Below, piece by piece: positions 7,585 to 17,381 of a DNA stretch of 64,000 nucleotides (the first letter of the stretch is position 1; every line of letters begins with the position of its first letter). The translations under genes were made by a program, and so were the position numbers. The notes beneath the pieces were generated by a model, which had not been told where the DNA came from, did not search any database, and worked only from the letters and a program-made list of their open reading frames with translations. This DNA is from an uncultured Gemmatimonadales bacterium (lineage in GTDB: Bacteria; Gemmatimonadota; Gemmatimonadetes; Longimicrobiales; Longimicrobiaceae), in the NCBI GenBank assembly GCA_963716255.1, contig OY970303.1, positions 4,512,001 to 4,576,000 on the forward strand. Reading direction: 5' to 3'.

Positions 7585-9159
7585 ATGACCTTCCGACGCA
7601 CCGCGGCAGCCGCGGCATTTCTGTGCGCGCTCGCTGCTCCCGCCGGCGCGCAGACGCCCGAGCGCGGCGAGTGGGTGATGCGCCGCGGCGGCGACACCAT
7701 CGCCACGGAAACGTACACGCGCACGGCGGGGCGGCTGCAGGCGGAGCTGGCCCTGCGCATGCCGGTGCTGCGCCAGCGCGCGGACGCGGAGCTGGCGGCG
7801 GACGGCACAGTGCCGCGCATGGCCTTCAGCGCGCTCACCGGGCGCACCGGCGAGGCGGAGCCGGTGGCGAGCGGGAGCGTCGCCTTCCGGGGGGACAGCG
7901 CGGTGGTGGAGGTCCGCGGGCCCGCGGCGGCCCCGGTGCAGCGCTTCGCGCCGGGGCGGGGGGCGCTCCCCTACGTCAACCTGTCCGTCGCGCTGCTGGA
8001 GCAGGCCGTCCGCCGGGCCCGCGCGCTGGGTGGGGGCGGAGCCCGCATTCCCATGCTCAACCTGGCCGGCGGCAACACCTTCACCGCCGTCGTGAGCTTC
8101 CCCTCCGCGGATTCGGCCGTGGTCGCGGTCGGGCCGGTGCTGCTGCGCTTCGCGGCGGACGCCTCCGGGCGGCTGCTGGGCGGGTGCGTCCCCTCGCAGG
8201 GGATCACCATGGAGCGCGCAGGCCGGCCGGTCGATTGCTCGGCGCCCCGGGCGGACTACACCGCGCCCGCCGGCGCGCCCTACCGCGCCGAGGAAGTGAC
8301 GGTGCGCACTCCCTCCGGCATCACCCTGGCGGGGACGCTCACGCTCCCCGCGGGCGCATCCGCAAAGGTGCCCGCCGTGCTGCTGCTCACCGGCTCCGGC
8401 CCGCAGGACCGCGACGAGTCCACCCCGGGGCTGCCGGGGTGGCGCCCCTTCCGGCAGTTCGCGGACACGCTTTCCCGCCGCGGCATCGCCGTGCTGCGGC
8501 TGGACGACCGCGGCGTCGGCGGCTCCGGCGGGAGCGTCAACGCCACCACCCTGCCGGAATTCGCGGAGGACGCCCGCGCCGCCCTGGCCTTCCTGCGCGC
8601 GCGGCCCGAGGTGGACGCCCGGCGGGTGGGGATCGTGGGCCACAGCGAGGGCGGCTACGTGGGGCCCATGGTGGCGGCCGCGGACCCGGCGCTGCGTGCG
8701 CTGGCGCTGGTCGCGGCGCCGGCGCGCACCGGGCGGGCGCTGGTGGACTACCAGAGCCGCCTCGCCATCGAATCCGACAGCACGCTCGCCCCGCGCCTGG
8801 ACTCGCTCCTGGTCATGGCCGCCGCGCAGACCGACTCGCTGGCCGCCGCGAGCCCCTGGTTCGGGTCGCTCCTGGCGCACGACCCGCTCCCCGTCGCGCG
8901 GCGGCTGCGCATGCCCGTGCTGGTCCTCCAGGGGGAGACCGACCGCCAGGTCCCCGCCGCCGAGGCCCCCGCCCTGGCGGCGGCGATCCGCGCCGGCGGC
9001 AACCGCGACGTGGACGTGCGCCTCTTCCTCGGCGTCAACCACCTCCTCCTGCGCGACCCCGACGGAAGCGTCTCGGGCTACGCGGCACTCCCCAGCAAGC
9101 AGGTGGTCCCCGAACTCCTGGGCGCCCTCGCCGACTGGCTGGCGGCGAAGCTGCGGTGA
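7585..9159 (+). CDS. Secreted alpha/beta-fold hydrolase (S33/S9-like)
   Basis: Signal peptide; TGSGPQDRDE, DDRGVGGS, GHSEGG nucleophile elbow, QGETDRQV, NHLL. Confidence 0.85.
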   Translation: MTFRRTAAAAAFLCALAAPAGAQTPERGEWVMRRGGDTIATETYTRTAGRLQAELALRMPVLRQRADAELAADGTVPRMAFSALTGRTGEAEPVASGSVAFRGDSAVVEVRGPAAAPVQRFAPGRGALPYVNLSVALLEQAVRRARALGGGGARIPMLNLAGGNTFTAVVSFPSADSAVVAVGPVLLRFAADASGRLLGGCVPSQGITMERAGRPVDCSAPRADYTAPAGAPYRAEEVTVRTPSGITLAGTLTLPAGASAKVPAVLLLTGSGPQDRDESTPGLPGWRPFRQFADTLSRRGIAVLRLDDRGVGGSGGSVNATTLPEFAEDARAALAFLRARPEVDARRVGIVGHSEGGYVGPMVAAADPALRALALVAAPARTGRALVDYQSRLAIESDSTLAPRLDSLLVMAAAQTDSLAAASPWFGSLLAHDPLPVARRLRMPVLVLQGETDRQVPAAEAPALAAAIRAGGNRDVDVRLFLGVNHLLLRDPDGSVSGYAALPSKQVVPELLGALADWLAAKLR

Positions 9160-9336
9160 GCACCAGCGGGGTCCACGGTCGGGCCAATCCGCTCGCCCGC
9201 GGACGAGCCGCTTGACTCCGGACCCCGCCGCAGCTATTGGTATGTGGCAGCCCGTGGCGCATCCGGGATGCCGGTTAAATCCCGACACGTATTTTCATGA
9301 CGGCGGCGATCCGACTTTCGCCGATGCCGGGCACCG

Positions 9337-9444
9337 CCCCTGGACCGCGCTCCGCCCGGTCCAGGGGAAGGGGGCCGCGCACGAGCAGGCCGGGGCCGCC
9401 CGGAAGCCAGGCCGGCTCTCTCCTGACGGGAGGGGGCCGTTTTT
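9337..9444 (+). promoter_or_regulatory. Attenuator-like leader of thrABC (hairpin, antiterminator segment, terminator)
   Basis: Hairpin 9337-9367; terminator CGGCTCTCTCC/GGAGGGGGCCG plus TTTTT at 9413-9444; a copy of its 3' arm (AGGGGGCCG) at 9369-9377. Confidence 0.55.
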
Positions 9445-9469
9445 CAGCACCGCCGACGGGAGGCAGGGG

Positions 9470-12040
9470 ATGAGCGGCACGGAGCGTCCGGGGGACGACG
9501 GGGGCGGGGGGCGCCCGCCCGCCAGGCTGGAGGTGCACAAGTTCGGGGGGACCAGCGTCGCGGACGCGGCTCGCCTGGAGACGGCCGTGGAGCGGGCGCT
9601 GCGGGCCGCCGCGGGGGCGCGGGTGGTGGTGGTGTCCTCCGCGCTCGCCGGGGTCACCAGCGCGCTGGCGGAGGCCGCCTCCGCCGCGCTGCGGGGCGAT
9701 GTGGCGCTGGCGCTGGACACCGCGGAGGAGCTGCGGCTGCGCCACGAGCGCGTGCTTGCCGACCTGGCCGGCGGCGACGGGGGCGAAGTGCTGGACGAGC
9801 TGCGGGCGCTCGCGGCCGCGCTCGCCGGGTGGCTCCGCTCCGTGGGCGCACTGGGCGAGCTGACGCCGCGGGTCCGCGATCGCATCCTCGCCGTGGGCGA
9901 GAAGCTGGCCGTGCGCCTGTTCGCCGTGGCGCTCCGGCGCGCCGGAGCGCGCGCGGTGCCGCTGGACGCCGACGAGTTCCTGGAGACCGACGACCGCTTC
10001 GGCGAGGCCGGCGTGCTCCCCGGCGTCACCGACGCCGTGGTGCGCTCCGCGCTGGCGGCGCGCCTGGAGCGCGGCGAAGTGCCCGTGGTCACCGGATTCG
10101 TGGGGTGCGCGCCGGACGGCTCCACCACCACGCTGGGGCGCGGCGGCTCCGACCTGACCGCCACCGTGCTGGCCGCCGCGCTCGGCGCCGACGAGGTCAC
10201 CATCTGGACTGACGTCGACGGCGTCCTCACCGCCGACCCGCGGGTGGTCCCCGGGGCACAGGGCATCCGGCAGCTCAACTTCCGCGAAGCCACCGAGCTG
10301 TCCTTCTACGGGGCCCGGGTGCTCCACCCGCGCACCATCCTCCCGGTGGCGTCGCACGGCATCCCCGTCCGCATCCGCGACACCTTCACGGCCGGCGAGG
10401 GGACCGTCGTGGACGGGCGCTTCACCCCGGGCTCGCACCCGGTGAAGGCCATCAGCGCGGCGGCGGCGCAGGCGCTGGTCACGGTGGAGGGCAAGGGGAT
10501 GGCCGGCGTCCCCGGGGTGGCGGCGCGCGTCTTCGGGGCGCTCGCCCGCCGCGGGATCAGCGTCACCATGATCTCGCAGTCCAGCTCCGAGGCGTCCATC
10601 ACCCTGGTGGTCCCCGCCCACGACGCCATCGACGCCGAGCTGGCGCTGAAGCGCGAGTTCCGGGCGGACATCACCCACGGCGAGGTGGACGAGGTCGCCG
10701 TCCGGCCGGGGGTGGGCGTGGTGGCCGCAGTAGGGCTGGGGATGGCGGAGACGCCGGGGGTGGCGGGGCGGGTCTTCGGCGCGCTGGCGCGGCGGGGGAT
10801 CAGCGTGCACGCCATCGCCCAGGGAGCCTCCGAGATGAACATCTCCTTCGCCGTGGACGACCGGGCGGTGCCGGAGGCCATCCGCGCGCTGCACGACGCC
10901 TTCGGGCTCCACCGGCTGGACACCGGCGAGGACGGAGGCGAGCGCATCGACCTGCTGCTGATGGGGCCCGGCAGCGTGGGGCGCGCGCTGGCCGGGCTGC
11001 TCCTGGAGCGCAGCGCCCACCTGTTCCGTCGCTTCGGGCTGCGGGCGCGGGTGGTGGCCGTGGCGGACCGCAGCGGCTACCTGCTGGAGCCCGGCGGCAT
11101 CGCCCCCGAGGCGCTGCGCGCGGCCGTGGAGGCCAAGGCGGCGGGGCGGAGCCTGGCCTCGCTGGGCGGCGCACCCGGCCACGCCGCCGTGATGGTGCGC
11201 GACGCGCTGCGCTACCGCCTCGCCCGCCCGGTGCTGGTGGATACCTCCGCGTACCCCGAATCGGCCGAGGTCTTCCGCGAGGCGCTGCGGCTGGGGTGCG
11301 ACGTGGTGACCGCCAACAAGGCGCCGCTGGCCGGGCCGCTGGAGGGCTTCCGCTCGCTGCTCGCGGATGCCGAGGAGCGGGGCCGCATCGTGCGCGCCGA
11401 GGCCACCGTGGGCGCCGGGCTCCCGGTCATGGACACGCTGGAGATGCTGCTGGCCACCGGCGACCGGCTGCTGGAGGTGGAGGGGGCCCTCTCCGGGACG
11501 CTGGGCTTCGTGATGACGATGCTGGAGGAAGGGGCGCTCCTTTCCGAAGCGGTGGAGGAGGCCATGCGCCGCGGCTACACCGAGCCGGACCCGGTGGCCG
11601 ACCTGTCCGGCGCGGACGTGGGGCGAAAGGCCACCATCCTGGGGCGGCTCTCCGGCCTGGTGCGCTCCGACGTCCCCCTGCGCCTGGCCGGGCTGGTGGA
11701 TCCCGCGCTGGCGGGGATGGAGCCGGACGCCTTCCTGGCCCGGCTGCGCGACTTCGACGCTCCCATGCAGGAGCGGGTGGACGCCGCGCGACGCGAGGGC
11801 CGGGTGCTCCGCTACCTGGCCCGCGTGGGGCCGGACTCGCTGGACGTGGGGCTCGCCGCGGTCCCGGCCGACTCGCCGCCGGGCGCGCTCCGGGGGACCG
11901 ACAACCTGATCCTCTTCCGCTCGGAGCGCTACGCCGCCCGCCCGCTGGTGGTCACCGGGCCGGGCGCCGGGGTGGAGGTGACGGCCATGGGAGTGCTGGC
12001 GGACATCATGCGCATCGCCGCGGAACGGAGGCCGTCATGA
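9470..12040 (+). CDS. thrA: Bifunctional aspartate kinase / homoserine dehydrogenase
   Basis: [23 protein letters not shown], two ACT domains, then HSDH motifs [32 protein letters not shown]. Confidence 0.95.
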   Translation: MSGTERPGDDGGGGRPPARLEVHKFGGTSVADAARLETAVERALRAAAGARVVVVSSALAGVTSALAEAASAALRGDVALALDTAEELRLRHERVLADLAGGDGGEVLDELRALAAALAGWLRSVGALGELTPRVRDRILAVGEKLAVRLFAVALRRAGARAVPLDADEFLETDDRFGEAGVLPGVTDAVVRSALAARLERGEVPVVTGFVGCAPDGSTTTLGRGGSDLTATVLAAALGADEVTIWTDVDGVLTADPRVVPGAQGIRQLNFREATELSFYGARVLHPRTILPVASHGIPVRIRDTFTAGEGTVVDGRFTPGSHPVKAISAAAAQALVTVEGKGMAGVPGVAARVFGALARRGISVTMISQSSSEASITLVVPAHDAIDAELALKREFRADITHGEVDEVAVRPGVGVVAAVGLGMAETPGVAGRVFGALARRGISVHAIAQGASEMNISFAVDDRAVPEAIRALHDAFGLHRLDTGEDGGERIDLLLMGPGSVGRALAGLLLERSAHLFRRFGLRARVVAVADRSGYLLEPGGIAPEALRAAVEAKAAGRSLASLGGAPGHAAVMVRDALRYRLARPVLVDTSAYPESAEVFREALRLGCDVVTANKAPLAGPLEGFRSLLADAEERGRIVRAEATVGAGLPVMDTLEMLLATGDRLLEVEGALSGTLGFVMTMLEEGALLSEAVEEAMRRGYTEPDPVADLSGADVGRKATILGRLSGLVRSDVPLRLAGLVDPALAGMEPDAFLARLRDFDAPMQERVDAARREGRVLRYLARVGPDSLDVGLAAVPADSPPGALRGTDNLILFRSERYAARPLVVTGPGAGVEVTAMGVLADIMRIAAERRPS

Positions 12041-12978
12041 GGGGAGCGCATCGCGAGGAGGTCAGGGTGTTCGCGCCGGCCACCGTGTCCAACCTGGGCT
12101 CCGGCTTCGACGTGCTGGGGCTGGCGGTGCGCGCGCCGGGCGACACGGTGGTCGCGCGGCGCGCGGCGGGGAGCGGGGTGCGCATCGTCCGCATCGAGGG
12201 CGACGGCGGGGCGCTCCCCCGCGAGGCCGCCGCCAACACCGCCGGCGTGGCCGCGGCGGCCACGCTCCGGCGCGCGGGGATCGACGTGGGGGTGGAGCTG
12301 GAGATCCTCAAGGGGATGCCCATCGGCACCGGGCTGGGGAGCTCGGCCGCGAGCGCCGTGGCGGCCGCCCTGGCCGTGAACCTCCTGGTGGGCTCGCCGC
12401 TGCGCAAGGCGGAGCTGGTGGGGCCGTGCGTGGAGGCCGAGGGCGCGGTGTCCGGCCGCCACGCCGACAACGTCGCCCCGGCGCTGCTGGGCGGGCTGGT
12501 GCTGGTGCGCTCGGCCAGCCCGGCGGAGCTGGTGAGGCTCCCCGTGCCGCCGGGGATGATGGTGGTGGTGGTCACCCCCGCCTTCGAGCTGTCCACCCGT
12601 CTGGCGCGCGAGGCGCTCCCCCTGCAGGTTCCCCTCGGGGAGATGGTGAGCAACACCGCCGCAATCGCCACGCTGGTGGCCGCCTGCTACGCGGGCGACG
12701 CCGCGCTCTTCGGGCTGGGTGCCGTGGACCGCACGGTGACGCCGGTGCGCGCGCGCCTGATCCCCGGGTGCGAGGCGGTCATGGCCGCCGCCATGGCCGC
12801 CGGGGCGCTGGGCAGCTCCATCAGCGGTTCCGGCCCGTCGGTGTTCGCGCTCTCCCACTCCCCGCGCCGCGCCGAGACCATCGCACGCGCCATGACGGCC
12901 GCGTTCCGCGACGCGGGCGGGCTGGAGTCCACCTTCCTGATCTCCCCGGCGGACTGTCCGGGAGCGAGGCGCGTATGA
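12037..12978 (+). CDS. thrB: Homoserine kinase
   Basis: APATVSNLGSGFD, PIGTGLGSSAAS (GHMP motif), HADNVAP, ISGSGPS. Confidence 0.95.
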   Translation: MRGAHREEVRVFAPATVSNLGSGFDVLGLAVRAPGDTVVARRAAGSGVRIVRIEGDGGALPREAAANTAGVAAAATLRRAGIDVGVELEILKGMPIGTGLGSSAASAVAAALAVNLLVGSPLRKAELVGPCVEAEGAVSGRHADNVAPALLGGLVLVRSASPAELVRLPVPPGMMVVVVTPAFELSTRLAREALPLQVPLGEMVSNTAAIATLVAACYAGDAALFGLGAVDRTVTPVRARLIPGCEAVMAAAMAAGALGSSISGSGPSVFALSHSPRRAETIARAMTAAFRDAGGLESTFLISPADCPGARRV

Positions 12979-14267
12979 GCGGTGCCGCGACCCCCGGCGT
13001 CCCCTGGACGCTGCGCTGCGTGGAGTGCGCGGCGGAGTACGCGGGGCTGGAGCCGCGCCATCGCTGCGATTGCGGTGGCACGCTGGACGTGGAGCACGAC
13101 ACCTCCGCCCTGCGGGGCCCCGAGCTTCGCGACCTGTGGGAGCGGCGTCTGGGCTCGCGCGCGCCGCTGGACCGCTCCGGGGTGTGGCGCTTCCGCGAGC
13201 TGGTGCTGCCGCTGGAGCCGGAGTTCGTCGCCACCCGGCAGGAAGGGGGAACGCCGTTGTACGACGCGCCCCGCGTGGCCGCCTACGCCGGGCTGGACGC
13301 GCTGCGGCTCAAGCACGAGGGGGAGAACCCCACCGGCTCCTTCAAGGACCGCGGGATGACGGCCGGGGTGAGCGTGGCGCGCCGCCTGGGGATGACGCGC
13401 GTGGCGTGCGCATCCACCGGGAACACCTCCGCCTCCATGGCCGCGTACGCCGCCGCCGCGGGTATCGAGGCGCGGGTCTACATCCCCGAGGGAAAGATCT
13501 CGTACAGCAAGCTGGCGCAGGCGCTGGCGTACGGCGCCCGGGTGGTGCAGGTGGCGGGGAGCTTCGACGACGCCATGCGGCGGGTGGAGGCCGTCTGCGC
13601 CGACGAGGGCATCTACCTGCTCAACTCGGTGAACCCCTTCCGCATCGAGGGGCAGAAGGCCATCGGCTTCGAGCTCCTCCAGGACCTGGGGTGGGAGGTG
13701 CCGGACTGGATCGTCCTTCCCGGCGGCAACCTGGGGAACAGCGCCGCGCTCTGGAAGGCCCTCCGCGAGCTGCACGTCCTGGGGATGATCGACCGGCTGC
13801 CGCGCATCGCCGTGGTGCAGGCCGAGGGCGCGAGCCCGCTGTACGACGCGTGGCGGAGCGGCGCCGACCTCGTTCCCACCGCACACCCGGAAACGCTGGC
13901 CACGGCAATCCGCATCGGCAGCCCGGTGTCGTGGCGCAAGAGCCTGCGCGGGGTCCTCGCCACCGGCGGTGTGGTGGAGCGCGTCACCGACCAGGAGATC
14001 ATGGACGCAAAGGCGCAGGTGGACGCGGCCGGCATCGGCGCGGAGCCGGCGTCGTGCGCCACGGTGGCGGGGATCCGCAGGCTGGTCGCCGCGGGCACCA
14101 TCCGCCCCGACGCGCGGGTGTGCGCCATCCTCACCGGGCACCTCCTCAAGGACCCGGACGCGGTGGTCCGCTACCACCGCGGCGAGCTGGAGGGGATCGC
14201 CCCCACCTTCGCGAACCTCCCGGTGCACGCGGAGGTTGACGGCGGCGCCGGTGCGGGTGTATCGTAG
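12975..14267 (+). CDS. thrC: Threonine synthase
   Basis: NPTGSFKDRG (PLP Lys), CASTGNTSAS, NSVNPFRIEGQK, TGHLLKDP; N-terminal Cys pairs. Confidence 0.95.
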   Translation: MSGAATPGVPWTLRCVECAAEYAGLEPRHRCDCGGTLDVEHDTSALRGPELRDLWERRLGSRAPLDRSGVWRFRELVLPLEPEFVATRQEGGTPLYDAPRVAAYAGLDALRLKHEGENPTGSFKDRGMTAGVSVARRLGMTRVACASTGNTSASMAAYAAAAGIEARVYIPEGKISYSKLAQALAYGARVVQVAGSFDDAMRRVEAVCADEGIYLLNSVNPFRIEGQKAIGFELLQDLGWEVPDWIVLPGGNLGNSAALWKALRELHVLGMIDRLPRIAVVQAEGASPLYDAWRSGADLVPTAHPETLATAIRIGSPVSWRKSLRGVLATGGVVERVTDQEIMDAKAQVDAAGIGAEPASCATVAGIRRLVAAGTIRPDARVCAILTGHLLKDPDAVVRYHRGELEGIAPTFANLPVHAEVDGGAGAGVS

Positions 14268-14307
14268 AAAAGAAGACTGACGCAAACCGGACGCACCGCA
14301 TCGCCAG

Positions 14308-14391
14308 ATGACCGCGCTCTTCCTCAATCGCAACGTCAATCGCAATCCGCCCTCCCCGAGGAGTCGCGGCTGGGGTTGTCCGTTGCCATAG
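14308..14391 (+). CDS. Putative asnB leader peptide, Asn-rich (MTALFLNRNVNRNPPSPRSRGWGCPLP)
   Basis: 27-aa uORF with four Asn codons at positions 7, 9, 11 and 13, directly upstream of a terminator and asnB. Confidence 0.8.
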   Translation: MTALFLNRNVNRNPPSPRSRGWGCPLP

Positions 14392-14414
14392 CGGAACGAC
14401 GCACCCGGTAGCCG

Positions 14415-14450
14415 AAGCGGCTCCTCGATCACCGAGGGGCCGCTTTTTTT
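14415..14450 (+). terminator. Attenuator terminator upstream of asnB
   Basis: GCGGCTCCTCG-ATCAC-CGAGGGGCCGC then TTTTTTT; the 5' arm can instead pair with GAGGAGTCGC at 14358-14367. Confidence 0.85.
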
Positions 14451-14505
14451 CGTCGCCGTTCCCCGGTCCGGGGGGCGGCCCACCGCCCTCCCCGGAGCGT
14501 GACCC

Positions 14506-16170
14506 ATGTGCTCGATCCTCGCCGTCCTGGAAATCAAGAGCGACCCCGCCGTGCTGCGCGCCCGCGCGCTCCGCCTCAGCCGGCTCCAGCGCCACCGCGG
14601 CCCCGACTGGTCCGGGGTCTGGGCCACCGACGACGCCGTCCTGGCGCACGAGCGGCTGGCCATCGTGGACGTGCTGCACGGCGCCCAGCCGCTGCTGGAC
14701 CCGGGCGGCACCGTCGCGCTGGCCGTGAACGGCGAGATCTACAACCACCGCGAGCTGCGCGCCTCGCTGGCGGAGCCCTACGCCTTCGCCACCGAGTCGG
14801 ACTGCGAGGTGATCCTGGCGCTGTACCGCGAGCACGGCGCCGATTTCCTGGACCGGCTGAACGGGATCTTCGCCTTCGTCCTGTACGACGCCGCGCGCCG
14901 CCGCTACCTGGTGGCCCGCGACCACCTGGGGATCGTGCCGCTGTACACCGGCCGCGACGAGGAGGGCAACCTGTACGTGGCCTCGGAGATGAAGGCGCTG
15001 GTCCCCGTCTGCCGCACGGTGGAGGAGTTTCCCGCGGGGCACGTGCTGGACAGCGAGGCCGGCGAGCCGCGCCCGTGGTACCGCCGCGCCTGGCGCGACT
15101 TCGAGGCGGTGCGCGGCGGCCCCGCGGAGCCGGCGCTGCTGCGCGAGGCGCTGGAGGCCGCCGTGAAGCGCCAGCTGATGACCGACGTGCCCTACGGCGT
15201 GCTCCTGTCCGGCGGGCTGGACTCGTCCATCATCGCCGCCGCCGCAAAGCGCTTCGCGGACCGGCGGGTGGAGGAGGAGGGGCGGAGCGAAGCGTGGTGG
15301 CCGCGGCTGCACTCCTTCGCCATCGGGCTGGAGGGGGCGCCGGACCTGCGCGCCGCCCGCGAGGCCGCGGAGCACATCGGCACGGTGCACCACGAGTTCC
15401 ACTTCACCGTGCAGGAGGGGATCGACGCGCTCTCCGACGTGGTCCACCACCTGGAAACGTACGACGTCACCACCGTGCGCGCGGCGACGCCCATGTACCT
15501 CATGGCCCGCCGCATCCGCGCCATGGGGATCAAGATGGTGCTTTCGGGCGAGGGCGCGGACGAGATCTTCGGCGGCTACCTGTACTTCCACCGGGCGCCG
15601 GACGCCCGCTCGTTCCACGCGGAAACCATCCGCAAGCTGGACCGCCTGCACCTGTACGACTGCCTGCGCGCCAACAAGGCCATGGCGGCGTGGGGCGTGG
15701 AGGCGCGCGTGCCCTTCCTGGACAAGGAGTTCCTGGACGTGGCCATGGGCGTGGACCCGGCGGCCAAGATGGCGGGGCCCGGCCGCATGGAGAAGCACCT
15801 GCTGCGCGAGGCGTTCGCGGACGCGCTCCCGGCGTCCATCGCCTGGCGGCAGAAGGAGCAGTTCTCGGACGGCGTGGGCTACGGGTGGATCGACTCGCTG
15901 CGGGCCCACGCCGAGGCGCAGGTGAGCGACCGGGAGCTGGCGGGGGCGCACTTCCGCTTCCCGCACAACACGCCGGCCACCAAGGAAGCGTACTTCTACC
16001 GCTCGCTCTTCGCCGAGCACTTTCCGCTGGACGCGTGCGCGGAGTGCGTGCCGGGCGGGCCCTCGGTGGCGTGCAGCACGCCCGAGGCGCTGGCGTGGGA
16101 CGCGTCGCTCGCCGCCGTGACGGATCCGTCCGGGCGGGCGGTGCGGGGGGTGCACGTGAGTGCATACTGA
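14506..16170 (+). CDS. asnB: Asparagine synthase B (glutamine-hydrolysing)
   Basis: N-terminal Cys2, RHRGPDWSG, NGEIYNH, LLSGGLDSS, SGEGADEIFGGY, RVPFLD, WRQKEQFSDGVG. Confidence 0.97.
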   Translation: MCSILAVLEIKSDPAVLRARALRLSRLQRHRGPDWSGVWATDDAVLAHERLAIVDVLHGAQPLLDPGGTVALAVNGEIYNHRELRASLAEPYAFATESDCEVILALYREHGADFLDRLNGIFAFVLYDAARRRYLVARDHLGIVPLYTGRDEEGNLYVASEMKALVPVCRTVEEFPAGHVLDSEAGEPRPWYRRAWRDFEAVRGGPAEPALLREALEAAVKRQLMTDVPYGVLLSGGLDSSIIAAAAKRFADRRVEEEGRSEAWWPRLHSFAIGLEGAPDLRAAREAAEHIGTVHHEFHFTVQEGIDALSDVVHHLETYDVTTVRAATPMYLMARRIRAMGIKMVLSGEGADEIFGGYLYFHRAPDARSFHAETIRKLDRLHLYDCLRANKAMAAWGVEARVPFLDKEFLDVAMGVDPAAKMAGPGRMEKHLLREAFADALPASIAWRQKEQFSDGVGYGWIDSLRAHAEAQVSDRELAGAHFRFPHNTPATKEAYFYRSLFAEHFPLDACAECVPGGPSVACSTPEALAWDASLAAVTDPSGRAVRGVHVSAY

Positions 16171-16215
16171 TCTTTGAGTTCGGCTACGGCTGCGGCGGGT
16201 CGAACGGCCGGGTTG

Positions 16216-16345
16216 GGGCGTGCCCCCGGCTGGCGCCGGGGTCGGGCTTCGGCTCCGTAGGGCTGCAAACAACGCAGCCCAACGGAGTCGAGCCCCGCGA
16301 AACTGCCCGCGGGTCTCGCCCCTCCGGGCCGGAATCCCTCACGCG
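16216..16345 (-). repeat. R1 structured repeat, copy 2
   Basis: Full R1 core in reverse orientation. Confidence 0.95.
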
Positions 16346-16351
16346 ACGGCA

Positions 16352-16382
16352 GGCCCCCTCCCCCGCAAGCGGGAGAGGGGGA
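16352..16382. repeat. Companion hairpin (type B)
   Basis: CCCCCTCCCCCGCAAGCGGGAGAGGGG. Confidence 0.7.
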
Positions 16383-16538
16383 GCACTGCCCTCGTCCGAG
16401 GGCGCGCTTCCGCCGTCCGCACCGAACGCCGTGTGGCGTACCGACCGCCGACCCGGCTGAACGGCGAGGGGTCCGGCCGCCGTGGCCGGACCCTTCCGCC
16501 GCTCGCTCTCCCGCGCCGACTCTCGGGCGGGGCGGCCG

Positions 16539-17084
16539 CTACTTCGTCGGGCCGTGTTCCGCGACCTGGCCGCGGATCTCGCCGGCGGGCAGCTGCACCG
16601 TGTGCACGTTGACGTACGCGTTGCCCGTGCGCATGGCCGCCAGCAGCTCCGCCATGGTCCCGCCGAAGCCGATCGCGGGGCGGGGGATCAGGTTCGGCTG
16701 CGTGATCGTTCCCTCCGCCAGCACGCCGTTCTCCGTCACGCCGCCGGCCACGAAGCCGAACAGGAAGACCACGACGGGCCCGTTCACGCCCCTCGGGGCG
16801 ATGTGGATGTGCGACTGCGTCACGTTCTCGATGTTCGCCACGATCAGCTTGTACTGCAGCGAGGTGCCGTCCTTGCTCAGCCAGAACTGCGCGTGCCCGC
16901 GGCCCTGCGAGTCGTTGGCCGGGACCTCCTCGCCGCCCGACAGGTTCGCGCCGAAGTTCTTGGACTCGTGCTTGTTGAAGACCACCGGGATCTCCAGCGG
17001 CGACGCTTCGGTGGGAGTGTCGGGAGCGCAGCCGGCGGCGAGGGCGGAGAGCACGAGCGCGGTGGAGACGGTGAGCAGACGCAT
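16539..17084 (-). CDS. CHRD-domain lipoprotein
   Basis: Lipobox LAAGC; LSGGEEVP, SHIH, NGPVVV, GNAYVNVHT, PAGEIRGQ. Confidence 0.9.
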   Translation of the reverse strand: MRLLTVSTALVLSALAAGCAPDTPTEASPLEIPVVFNKHESKNFGANLSGGEEVPANDSQGRGHAQFWLSKDGTSLQYKLIVANIENVTQSHIHIAPRGVNGPVVVFLFGFVAGGVTENGVLAEGTITQPNLIPRPAIGFGGTMAELLAAMRTGNAYVNVHTVQLPAGEIRGQVAEHGPTK

Positions 17085-17381
17085 ACTCCCTCCTGGGCAG
17101 GAGGCGACCGCGAGGACCCGCGGCCGGGTGGAGCGGGAATGGCGAACCCCGCCCGGCGCGGCATCTTCCGCGCCGGACACCGGCCGCCACCCCAGAGGTC
17201 GTATCACGAATGCGCGCCGCGGCGGAAAAGTTCCCGGGGGCCGCACGCGCCGGCCGCGGCGGTCTCACCCGGGCAAACCCGGCGCCCGCTCGCTTCGGGC
17301 ATGCCACCCTCCGCCGGGGATCTCCGAGGTCCGCGGACCTTTCTGCGGTTTCCGGAGGCCGGCATGTCCTGCCCCCGACGC

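Noticed and set aside
8696..9469. N-terminal extension of thrA in the ORF track (1114 aa)
   Set aside because: It overlaps the hydrolase gene and the structured leader; aspartokinase homology starts after ATG 9470.
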